From: Candidatus Latescibacterota bacterium
GTDB lineage: Bacteria > Latescibacterota > UBA2968 > GCA-2709665
DNA: 64,000 nt
Reading direction: 5' to 3'
Assembly (NCBI GenBank): GCA_965248435.1
Contig: OZ252100.1
Span: 4,864,001-4,928,000, forward strand
A model generated the notes under the pieces. That model was not told the origin of the DNA and made no database searches. It saw only the letters and a program-made list of their open reading frames with translations. The first letter of the stretch is position 1. Every line of letters begins with the position of its first letter. Shown piece after piece: positions 1-8,084 of this stretch. The translations under genes were made by a program, and so were the position numbers.

Positions 1-14
1 GTAATCAGTTTCAA

Positions 15-614
15 TCACGCCGTGGTTCCTTCCCTCACCATTGTCTCCAGGGTTATTCTCGGACAGATGTTCTCGTGTATGTAGTCCAGAAGGTTTGTCG
101 CCACGCTGCGGATTCTTTTCTCAATCTGCTCATCGAGGCAATTGCCATCTTCGTCGAAGACATCCTGGACGTGCGCGACAGACACGGGCCCCGGCAGGAC
201 GATCGCCCCGATGTGGGAGCAGACGCTTCGCAAATGCTCCAGGGCCTTCACGGCACCGATTTGACCTGCCGCCACCCCCAGCAGAGCGATCGGTTTTCCT
301 GATAGGGCGGATGGGAACCCCAGGTTTTCAACGACAAGCTTGATGACGCTGGAATAGCTGCCGTGATATTCAGGTGTGGATAGAACGACACCGGTCGCGT
401 CCGAGATGATTTCCTGAACCCTTTCTCCGTCAGGCGAATCTTCGCTCGCCCCTGGGGGAGACAAAACCATTTCTGCAGGATCGATGACATCGACCGACAC
501 CTCTTGCTTCCGAAACTCGTCCGCCACCAGGTCCAGGGCCATTGAAGTGAAGTTGCCAGGACGAATGCTTCCCCTTATAACAGCGATTCTGATACCGCTC
601 TTCTCAGCGTTCAA
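15..614 (-). CDS. NADPH-dependent FMN reductase
   Basis: GSIRPG N-terminal flavin loop, STPEYHGS motif, KPIALLG; TTG start behind GAAAGGGAGG. Confidence 0.9.
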   Translation of the reverse strand: MNAEKSGIRIAVIRGSIRPGNFTSMALDLVADEFRKQEVSVDVIDPAEMVLSPPGASEDSPDGERVQEIISDATGVVLSTPEYHGSYSSVIKLVVENLGFPSALSGKPIALLGVAAGQIGAVKALEHLRSVCSHIGAIVLPGPVSVAHVQDVFDEDGNCLDEQIEKRIRSVATNLLDYIHENICPRITLETMVREGTTA

Positions 615-658
615 GCAGACCTCCCTTTCTCAGGGATTCACGACTTCTCCGTCTGGCG

Positions 659-1594
659 CTACGGCCGGATCGGCGGAAGATTCGCTTCGATCGATGCCCG
701 TCGCGATTCCAGCCAGGGGGGCAGCTTGAGACCGGCCCCCAGTTCTTCGACTGTTTCGTCGACGATAAACCCTGGAGGATCCGTGGCGATCTCGAACAGG
801 ACTCTCCCCGGTTCCCGAAAGTAGATGGACCGAAAATACTGTCGGTCCATCACCGGCGATACGTTGTAACCAAGCCCCGCGAGGGTGTCCTTGAGGCGGC
901 CCTGGGTCTTATCGTCGGGGACCCGCCAGGCCACGTGGTGCACCGAGCCGACCCCGATGCGTCCGAGCGGGACGGCCGGTTCGAGCAGGATGTCCACGAA
1001 CCTGCCCGGCCCTCGAACGCCAGTCTCGTAGCGCGAACGGTTGTCCGACTGTCGAGTCTCTTTGAACCCGAGGATTCTGGTCAACAGCTCGGCAGTGGCC
1101 TCGGCATCTCGCACGGAGAGCGTGACGGAATGAAGTCCGCGGATTTGGCAGGCCTCGGGGATCTCCGCATCCGCTCTGCCCTCGCGTCGGTCGACCGCGG
1201 ACTCAACCAACTCCAGCCAGAGACCGTCCGGGTCTTGAAAGGCCAGGACCTCCTCGTCGAAACGGGTGAACGGGCCTTCGAAGTCGATTCTATTGTGTGC
1301 AAGCCGTGCTTCCCAGGAGTTCAAAGCCCCATCCGGGATCGAGAAGGAAGTGGCGGTTTGCTGTCCCGTCCCTGACTGTCCCTTAACGCCTCCGTGGACC
1401 CAGGGGAAGAAAGTCATGATCGTACCGGGGTGACCTACTTGATCCCCGTAGTAGAAGTGATACGTGTAGGGATCATCAAAGTTCACCGTTTTTTTGACCA
1501 GCCGCAGCCCCAGGAAACCGGTATAGAACTCCAGGTTCGCCTGCGGGTCGCCAGCAAACGCGGTGACGTGATGGATCCCGACTAGCTCGCCCAC
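659..1594 (-). CDS. Ring-cleaving dioxygenase, two-domain VOC/glyoxalase (MhqA/MhqO-like)
   Basis: GIHHVTA, KKTVNFDDP.TYHFYYGD, VHHVAWR and DRQYFRSIYFREPG.VLFEIATD.PGF motifs; GTG at 1594 overlaps the upstream TAG and follows a GAGGGAG RBS. Confidence 0.9.
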   Translation of the reverse strand: MGELVGIHHVTAFAGDPQANLEFYTGFLGLRLVKKTVNFDDPYTYHFYYGDQVGHPGTIMTFFPWVHGGVKGQSGTGQQTATSFSIPDGALNSWEARLAHNRIDFEGPFTRFDEEVLAFQDPDGLWLELVESAVDRREGRADAEIPEACQIRGLHSVTLSVRDAEATAELLTRILGFKETRQSDNRSRYETGVRGPGRFVDILLEPAVPLGRIGVGSVHHVAWRVPDDKTQGRLKDTLAGLGYNVSPVMDRQYFRSIYFREPGRVLFEIATDPPGFIVDETVEELGAGLKLPPWLESRRASIEANLPPIRP

Positions 1595-1928
1595 TAGGCT
1601 CCCTCGTTCATCCTGCGGGATATCATCCCGTCCAGGGACCACCTTCCCGCACCCTTTAGGATCAAAGCGACAGCGATCGAAAGCGCGAGGAGGTGGTATT
1701 CAAACCCCTCTCCCTCCTGATTCTGGAACCAGTTCATGTAGAAACCATACTTGTAGTGGATAGATGCTGCGACCAGCATCACGCAGCCGATCCCGAACGC
1801 CGCCACCCGGGTGAGGAGCCCAAGAATGAGCCCGAGAGACCCGAAGAATTCCGCGACGATGGCCAGGAACGCGAAAACAACCGGAACTCCCAGAACCTCC
1901 GTAAAGAAGTCCATCGTTCCTGAGACAT
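1594..1928 (-). pseudogene. DoxX family membrane protein, 5'-truncated and probably internally deleted
   Basis: C-terminal DoxX motifs (EFFGSLGLILGLLTR, G.G.EYHLL, GAGRWSLD) are present. The RBS-linked ATG at 1928 is out of frame with them, and the N-terminal LR..LG..F..HG.QK segment is missing. Confidence 0.65.
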
Positions 1929-1968
1929 GCCTTTTCTCCTCGAGTTATGCAGAAAAGCCGCGTCGAGG

Positions 1969-1994
1969 GAGACGCCCCATCGGGGCGTCTCTAC
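1969..1994 (-). repeat. GTAG-type REP palindrome (GTAGAGACGCCCCGATGGGGCGTCTC)
   Basis: GTAG tetranucleotide at the foot of a 10-bp stem; related copy at 39559-39584. Confidence 0.7.
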
Positions 1995-1996
1995 GG

Positions 1997-2356
1997 CTAC
2001 GATTCGGCGGGAGGGATATAGCGATTGGCAAGCTCGACATAGTCTTCCCGTATTGGCGTAAAAATGTCGAGGATCACGGCTGGGCCGTCGATTGCGACGA
2101 CGCTGTGAGAGACGTCGGGAGGGATCAAAAAGGCCTCGCCCGCTTCAGCGGTCCTGGTTTCCTCTCCGAGCGTGAATTCCAGCCGTCCACTCAAAAGCAT
2201 GCCTCCCTGTTCGTGTGGATGATGATGCGAAGGGACGACCGCACCTTCATCGATCTCGACGCGGGAAAGCATAAGGTTTTGACCGTAGGGCGCACGGATG
2301 CTCACGCCCGCAGCGATCTTGATTGGGGGCACTTCATCCCAGTTGATGAATGGCAT
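1997..2356 (-). CDS. Cupin domain protein
   Basis: HHHPHEQ and IPPDVSH cupin motifs, DIFTPIRED C-terminus. Confidence 0.9.
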   Translation of the reverse strand: MPFINWDEVPPIKIAAGVSIRAPYGQNLMLSRVEIDEGAVVPSHHHPHEQGGMLLSGRLEFTLGEETRTAEAGEAFLIPPDVSHSVVAIDGPAVILDIFTPIREDYVELANRYIPPAES

Positions 2357-2440
2357 GGAGACCTCATTGAAAGAGATGAAAAAGAGACCCCGAACAGATC
2401 ACCCGGGGTCAGAACGATACGAATGGGAATCCGAGAGTCG

Positions 2441-2941
2441 CTACGGCTTCTTTGCGCCCCGCGCCAGGTCGCGGACGATGCCGTGTTTGACGTTTTCTCC
2501 CGGGGCCGCAGACGCCTCGGCGCTGATGGCCCCAAAGAGCTGACGCGTCATCATTCGTGCCGCGCTCTGGACCATTCTCTGTCCGACTGCAGCGACCGGT
2601 CCACCGACCTGGAGGTTTCCGGAATAGGAGACGAGCGTGCCTTCGCCTTCAGGCTTCAGGTCAATGTCTCCGTCGCCCTTCACGAACCCCGTTTTCCCGC
2701 TGGCCTCGACGCGCATTCTGTAGTGCGAGGGAGGTTTCAGATCCTCTAGTTCAACTTTCCCTTTGTATCTTCCCTTGATAGGCCCGACGCCGGCATTTAT
2801 ATCCAGCTCATAGGATCCCTCGCTCACCCTTTCCAGCCTTTCGCAGCCCGGCATGCACCTGCGCAGACTTTCTGGATCCGTGAGGACCTCGTAGACCCGC
2901 TCAGGGGGAGCGTCGATCGTATACTGGCCTTCGATTTTCAA
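2441..2941 (-). CDS. coxG: CoxG/SRPBCC family protein
   Basis: L.DPE.LRRCMPGCE and VGGPVAAVGQRM motifs; lies downstream of coxSLM-like genes. Confidence 0.85.
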   Translation of the reverse strand: MKIEGQYTIDAPPERVYEVLTDPESLRRCMPGCERLERVSEGSYELDINAGVGPIKGRYKGKVELEDLKPPSHYRMRVEASGKTGFVKGDGDIDLKPEGEGTLVSYSGNLQVGGPVAAVGQRMVQSAARMMTRQLFGAISAEASAAPGENVKHGIVRDLARGAKKP

Positions 2942-3028
2942 GGATGACCCGCAAGGAGAGCGAAAGGGGAGTTTTCTAGGACGGGTTGGCCGTCAAACAG
3001 ATGTCGTCGGTTGAGATTTCGGTACACG

Positions 3029-3898
3029 TCATCCAGCTCGTTCGACGGCCCGGCTGAGCGCTCGGCGGGTGAAGACCCTGGAGAGGTGTTCCCGGTAACC
3101 CGCGGTGGCGTGGTGATCCTCCTGGAACTCCTCGACACCCTCGGTCGCGAGGGCCGAAGCGGACTCGATGGCGTCCGCGTCCGGCTTCTTTCCAGTCAGG
3201 GCGTTCTCCACCGAGGCAGCGCGATAGGGAACGGGCGATACGCCGGTGATCCCTATCGCGACCGACGCACAGTTTCCGCTGCCATCCAACTCCACCTGCG
3301 TAGCAACGCCGGCGATGGCGAAACCGGAGGCCGACTGATGCATCTTGACGTACGCACTGCCGGACCTTTTGGGGGCCGCAGGGACGTTGATTCGCGTGAG
3401 GATCTCACCCGGCTCGATGGAGGTTGTGAGCATATCGACGAAGAATTCTGACGCCGGGACGGCTCGACCGCCACCTGGCCCCACGATTTCCAACTCAGCA
3501 TCGAGCGCAAGCATGGTCGCAGGCCAGTCCGCAGCAGGATCGGCGTGGACCAGGCTGCCGCCGATCGTCCCAACGTTCCGTACCTGGACGTCGCCGATCT
3601 CAGAGGCGGTCTCCGGAAGGAGGGGGCAGCTCTCCGCCAGCTGATCGGAACTCTCGATCGCGTAGTGGGTCGTCAACGCACCGATGGTGATGCTGCCGTT
3701 CGAAAGATCGATTTCACGCATTCCCCGAATACCGCTCAGGTCGATCACGACATCGGGAGCTGCAAACCGCAGCTTCATCAGCGGGATGAGGCTGTGACCT
3801 CCTGCGAGGAGCTTGGCGTTGTCGCCGTGCTCTTCAAGGAGGGCCAGGGCTTCTTCGAGAGTGCCCGGTGTGAGGTATTCGAACGGGCTGGGGATCAT
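3029..3898 (-). CDS. coxM: Molybdenum hydroxylase FAD-binding medium subunit (CoxM-like)
   Basis: MIPSPFEY start, LAGGHSLIP.MKLR, QVRN.GTIGGSL.HADPAAD. Confidence 0.9.
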   Translation of the reverse strand: MIPSPFEYLTPGTLEEALALLEEHGDNAKLLAGGHSLIPLMKLRFAAPDVVIDLSGIRGMREIDLSNGSITIGALTTHYAIESSDQLAESCPLLPETASEIGDVQVRNVGTIGGSLVHADPAADWPATMLALDAELEIVGPGGGRAVPASEFFVDMLTTSIEPGEILTRINVPAAPKRSGSAYVKMHQSASGFAIAGVATQVELDGSGNCASVAIGITGVSPVPYRAASVENALTGKKPDADAIESASALATEGVEEFQEDHHATAGYREHLSRVFTRRALSRAVERAG

Positions 3899-3945
3899 TT
3901 CTTGACCTCTGATGTGCGGCGAACGATGCGACAACCGTCTGGTGC

Positions 3946-6276
3946 CTATTTCTGCATCAATCTCCAGATTTTCTCGGGGCGGAGCGGCATGTCGATATGG
4001 CGAACCCCAAACGGCTTCAGTGCGTCCACGACTGCATTCACAACCGATGGGGTGGAACCGATGGTGCCGGCCTCTCCCACGCCCTTGACGCCCATGGGGT
4101 TCACGGGCGAGGGGGTTACGGTATTGTCCAGCTCGAACCGCGGGAAGTTGCTCGCCTTCGGGAGTGCGTAGTCCATCAGCGACCCGGTGAGCATCTGTCC
4201 GTTCTCGTCGTAGACGACCTCTTCGTAAAGTGCCTGGCCCACCCCCTGCGCGATCCCCCCGTGGATCTGACCTTCTACGAGCATCGGGTTGATGATGTTC
4301 CCGCAGTCGTCCACCGCCACGTAGCGTTTGAGCTCTATCTCTCCCGTGTCCGCGTCGACTTCGACGACAGCGATGTGGGTGCCGAACGGATAGGTAAAAT
4401 TCGACGGCTCGAAGAAGTATGAATCGGCCAGTCCGGGTTGGGTGTCGGGCGGCAGGTTTGTCGCCATGTGCGCGGCCTGCGAGATGTCGAGCAGTGTCAG
4501 CGACTTTTCCGGCAAGCCCTTGACGAAGTATTTCCCGTCCTCCAGAACGATATCATTTGGATTGCCTTCAAGAAGGTGGGCGGTAATCTTGATGACTTTT
4601 TCCTTCACCTTTTCCATCGCCTTGTAGAGCGCTGCGCCGCCGACGGCCGTCGCTCGACTGCCGAACGTTCCGATGCCGTACTGCACCGTATCGGTGTCGC
4701 CGTGGATCACTCGTACGTCGTCGATGTCCACCCCGAGACCATCTGCGATGAGCTGTGCGAATGTCGTCTCCTGTCCCTGTCCGTGTGGAGAGACTCCGGT
4801 GAGCACCGTTACCTTTCCTGTCGGGTCTACCCTTACCGTACCGCTTTCCCATCCCCCAGCCGGCATGGCCTGCGAGGGCCCCATTCCGCAGATCTCTACG
4901 TAGGTAGAGAAGCCGATCCCCAGGTAGCGTCCCTCTTTCCTGAGTTCCTCCTGATCCGCCCTGAGCTTTTCGTAATCCACGATCGAGAGGGCCTTGTCCA
5001 GGGTAGCCGTGTAATCTCCGCTATCGTAGCTGACGCCCGTGCCCGTCGTGTAGGGGAACTCGGATTTGCCGATGAAGTTCTTGCGCCGCACTTCCAGGGG
5101 GTCCATGTCCAACTCGGTGGCCACGAGGTCAAGGGCGCGTTCCACCATGTATGTGGCCTCCGGTCGACCGGCACCCCGGTAGGCGTCGGTGGCCATCTTG
5201 TTCGTGAATGCCGCCTTGAGTTCCATCGTGACGTTTTGGATTTTGTAGCAGCCGCAGGTCATCAACCCGGTGAGCGTAGGGATGGCCGGCGTGAGGAGCT
5301 GGTAATAGGCGCCGACATCGGCCAGTACCGTGTACTTGAGACCAGTGATCGTCCCATCATTCTTGACCGCAATTTCGACCTCTCCGGCCTGATCTCTCCC
5401 GTGGATCGTGCGGAGGATGTTTTCTCGCCTGCCTTCGATCCACTTGACGGGCCGCCTGAGCTCTCGGGCGATCCAGCCGATCAATGCTTCTTCTCCGTAG
5501 ACGTTGAGCTTGCTGCCGAAACCTCCGCCGACCTCGGGGGCGATCACCCTGACCCGGTTTTCATGCATGTCGAGCATGAGCGCGAGCTGGGTACGGAGCA
5601 GGTGGGGGATCTGAGTCGATGACCAGAGGGTGAGCTGCCTTTCTCCCGGCATGTATTGCGCCAGGACGCCCCTGGTCTCAAGGGCATTGGGTGCCAGTCG
5701 CTGATTAGCGACTCGCTGCTTTACGACTCTGTCGGCGTCTTTTATCGCGGCTTCCACGTCGCCGCCGGCCAACTTCCACGTGAAGGCCAGGTTGTCTTCC
5801 CACTGCTCGTGGAGGATAGGGGCGTTGGGCTTGAGGGCCTCTTCGGCCGAAGCGACGGCTTCGAGCGGTTCATAGTCGACTTCGATCAGGTCTGCGGCAT
5901 CCTGCGCGACGTAGCGGTCTGTCGCGACCACGGCCGCCACCGGATCTCCCACCATGCGGACCTTGCCGACCGAAAGTACGTGGTGAGGCGGAACTTTGAT
6001 TCCCGGAAAACCGTCCGGGTCTGTCGCCGCACAGGGCACCAGGCCGACCTTGTCGACGATATCCTGCCCGGTGACAACCCTCAACACGCCGGGGTGCTCA
6101 CGAGCTTTAGACGTATCGATGCCGTTGATTCGGGCGTGTGCGTGGGGGCTCCGGAGAATCACGACGTGCAGGACATCCGGCAGCTTGATGTCGTCTACGT
6201 AATGCCCCAGGCCCTGAATGAGTCGGGGATCTTCCCGTCGTTTGATTCTTGCACCCACCATCTTGCTGACGGGCAT
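3946..6276 (-). CDS. Molybdopterin-binding large subunit, xanthine oxidase family (form II CoxL / aldehyde oxidoreductase-like)
   Basis: VGGGFGSK, DAYRGAGRPE active-site loop, HGQGQET, GTFGSR, KGVGEAG. Confidence 0.92.
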   Translation of the reverse strand: MPVSKMVGARIKRREDPRLIQGLGHYVDDIKLPDVLHVVILRSPHAHARINGIDTSKAREHPGVLRVVTGQDIVDKVGLVPCAATDPDGFPGIKVPPHHVLSVGKVRMVGDPVAAVVATDRYVAQDAADLIEVDYEPLEAVASAEEALKPNAPILHEQWEDNLAFTWKLAGGDVEAAIKDADRVVKQRVANQRLAPNALETRGVLAQYMPGERQLTLWSSTQIPHLLRTQLALMLDMHENRVRVIAPEVGGGFGSKLNVYGEEALIGWIARELRRPVKWIEGRRENILRTIHGRDQAGEVEIAVKNDGTITGLKYTVLADVGAYYQLLTPAIPTLTGLMTCGCYKIQNVTMELKAAFTNKMATDAYRGAGRPEATYMVERALDLVATELDMDPLEVRRKNFIGKSEFPYTTGTGVSYDSGDYTATLDKALSIVDYEKLRADQEELRKEGRYLGIGFSTYVEICGMGPSQAMPAGGWESGTVRVDPTGKVTVLTGVSPHGQGQETTFAQLIADGLGVDIDDVRVIHGDTDTVQYGIGTFGSRATAVGGAALYKAMEKVKEKVIKITAHLLEGNPNDIVLEDGKYFVKGLPEKSLTLLDISQAAHMATNLPPDTQPGLADSYFFEPSNFTYPFGTHIAVVEVDADTGEIELKRYVAVDDCGNIINPMLVEGQIHGGIAQGVGQALYEEVVYDENGQMLTGSLMDYALPKASNFPRFELDNTVTPSPVNPMGVKGVGEAGTIGSTPSVVNAVVDALKPFGVRHIDMPLRPEKIWRLMQK

Positions 6277-6288
6277 GTCAGGCCTCCT

Positions 6289-6753
6289 CTACGTTCCCAA
6301 CTTTTTCGCCGCATAACGTACGGCATCAACGATGTGCTGGTATCCGGTGCATCGACACAAATTTCCTTCGATACCGTGCCGGATTTCATCTTCCGTCGGA
6401 TCTGGATTGCGAATGAGAAGCTGGTGAGATGCCAGGATCATTCCTGGCGTACAGAACCCACACTGCAATCCGTGGTGTTCCCAGAATCCCTCCTGGATCG
6501 GATGGAGTTGCTCGCCATCCGCAAGACCCTCGATTGTCGTGATCTCGCCGCCGTTGGCCTGAACGGCGAGCATCGTACAGGATTTCACGGCCATCCCGTT
6601 GAGCATCACCGTGCACGCGCCGCAGATACTCGTTTCACAGCCAACGTGCGTTCCCGTGAGCCCCATAACGTCGCGCAGATAGTGGACGAGGAGGAGCCGG
6701 GGTTCCACGTCGTGGCCGCAGGCTTCGCCATTGATCTTGACTTCGATTCTCAC
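6289..6753 (-). CDS. coxS: (2Fe-2S)-binding small subunit (CoxS-like)
   Basis: [20 protein letters not shown] and NLCRCTGY cysteine motifs. Confidence 0.92.
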   Translation of the reverse strand: MRIEVKINGEACGHDVEPRLLLVHYLRDVMGLTGTHVGCETSICGACTVMLNGMAVKSCTMLAVQANGGEITTIEGLADGEQLHPIQEGFWEHHGLQCGFCTPGMILASHQLLIRNPDPTEDEIRHGIEGNLCRCTGYQHIVDAVRYAAKKLGT

Positions 6754-6890
6754 GAGCGGGTCCTCCTCTTTTCAACAATGGTTCGCCTTCGTGAACGGAA
6801 ACAAGATACGCAGGACGTTTTGAGGGGCGCAAGGGGATTCTCTCTGATTCTCACGCCGGACGAGGCTGCGAGATCCGCATCCGACATTTT

Positions 6891-6906
6891 TGGCATACGA
6901 TTTGCA
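6891..6906 (+). promoter_or_regulatory. Sigma54 (-24/-12) promoter upstream of fliG
   Basis: TGGCATACGATTTGCA: GG-N10-GC spacing within a TGGCA...TTGCA consensus, about 90 nt upstream of the start. Confidence 0.8.
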
Positions 6907-6996
6907 GAAATCTGCGTGGAGCGGCCTAAATCCGGGCCATTTATCGCATATTCAACCCGGTCAGATGCCTGTTGATTTCAGACGGAGGTGTTCCTG

Positions 6997-8004
6997 TTGC
7001 TTACGGATAAAGATCTGGAAGCCAAAGAGAAAGTGGCCATTTTGATGATTGCCCTGGGTCAGGATACCACGGCGCACGTGATGAAGTATCTCTCAGACAT
7101 AGAGATCGAGGACGTCGCGCAGACGATCGCGGAACTGGACGTGGTGACGACGGAGCAGGAAGACAGTGTGTTGGGGGAGTTTGAGCAGCTTCTCATAGCC
7201 GGAAAATATGTCTCACAGGGCGGAATTGATTTCGCACGCGGGGCACTCGAAAAGGCGTTGGGCCCACGAAAGGCACAGTGCCTGCTGGACCGGGTGACGA
7301 GCACGACCACGAGCGGGTTTTATATGCTTCGTAACGTGGACCCGAACCAGATCATTCCCTTTATTTCTAAAGAACATCCCCAGACGATCGCCCTGATCCT
7401 GTCTCAGTTAGACTCGAATCAGGCCGCGGGCGTCCTGAACGGCCTTTCGGAGGGGATGCAGGCCGACGTTTCGTATCGGATCGCGATGATGGATAATATC
7501 TCACCCCAGGTGCTGAGGGATCTGGAGGAGAGCCTGTCGCAGGACCTGCAGGCAATCCTGGCTGGCCAGGTGACCGAGATCGGGGGCCCGAAAGCGCTCG
7601 CAGAGATCCTGAATCGCACAGGAAAATCGACGGAGCGGGCAGTACTCGAACGGCTGGATGGCCACGATCCGGAACTGGCGGAGGACGTCCGAAACCAGAT
7701 GTTCGTCTTCGACGACATCGCGGGCATGACCGACCGGGAGATCCAGATGATCCTCAGGGAGGTGGACACCAAGGACCTGTCGACCGCGCTGAGAGGCGGG
7801 AGCGAGGAGCTGAAGCAGCGGATCTTCCAGAACGTTTCAGAGCGGGTAGGAATGATGATCAAAGAGGAGATGGAATTCTCCGGCCCGATCAGGATGAGTG
7901 ACGTGGAGGAAGTTCAGCTTCGTGTCGTTCAGACGGTGCGACAGCTCGAAGAGGCCGGACAGGTGACCGTGATCCGGGGAGAGAGTGGAGAGATCTTGGT
8001 GTAG
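6997..8004 (+). CDS. fliG: Flagellar motor switch protein FliG (stand-alone copy)
   Basis: KVAILMIALG, GGIDFA, EHPQ, GG hinge, MFVF and PIRMSDVEE torque-helix motifs; TTG start 8 nt after GGAGG. Confidence 0.95.
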   Translation: MLTDKDLEAKEKVAILMIALGQDTTAHVMKYLSDIEIEDVAQTIAELDVVTTEQEDSVLGEFEQLLIAGKYVSQGGIDFARGALEKALGPRKAQCLLDRVTSTTTSGFYMLRNVDPNQIIPFISKEHPQTIALILSQLDSNQAAGVLNGLSEGMQADVSYRIAMMDNISPQVLRDLEESLSQDLQAILAGQVTEIGGPKALAEILNRTGKSTERAVLERLDGHDPELAEDVRNQMFVFDDIAGMTDREIQMILREVDTKDLSTALRGGSEELKQRIFQNVSERVGMMIKEEMEFSGPIRMSDVEEVQLRVVQTVRQLEEAGQVTVIRGESGEILV

Positions 8005-8027
8005 GAATTGCCGCGAAATTAAAAACG

Positions 8028-8062
8028 AAAACGCCCCGGGTTGTTTCCCGGGGCGTTTTTTT
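8028..8062 (+). terminator. Rho-independent terminator, probably bidirectional
   Basis: AAAACGCCCCGGG/CCCGGGGCGTTTT stem with a T-run, between convergent genes. Confidence 0.85.
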
Positions 8063-8084
8063 CATGTGGGGCGTCTCTGCCGGA

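Noticed and set aside
3946-6276. Bona fide aerobic CO dehydrogenase (form I)
   Set aside because: The active-site loop is AYRGAGR rather than AYxCSFR, gene order is S-L-M, and no coxDEF genes are present.
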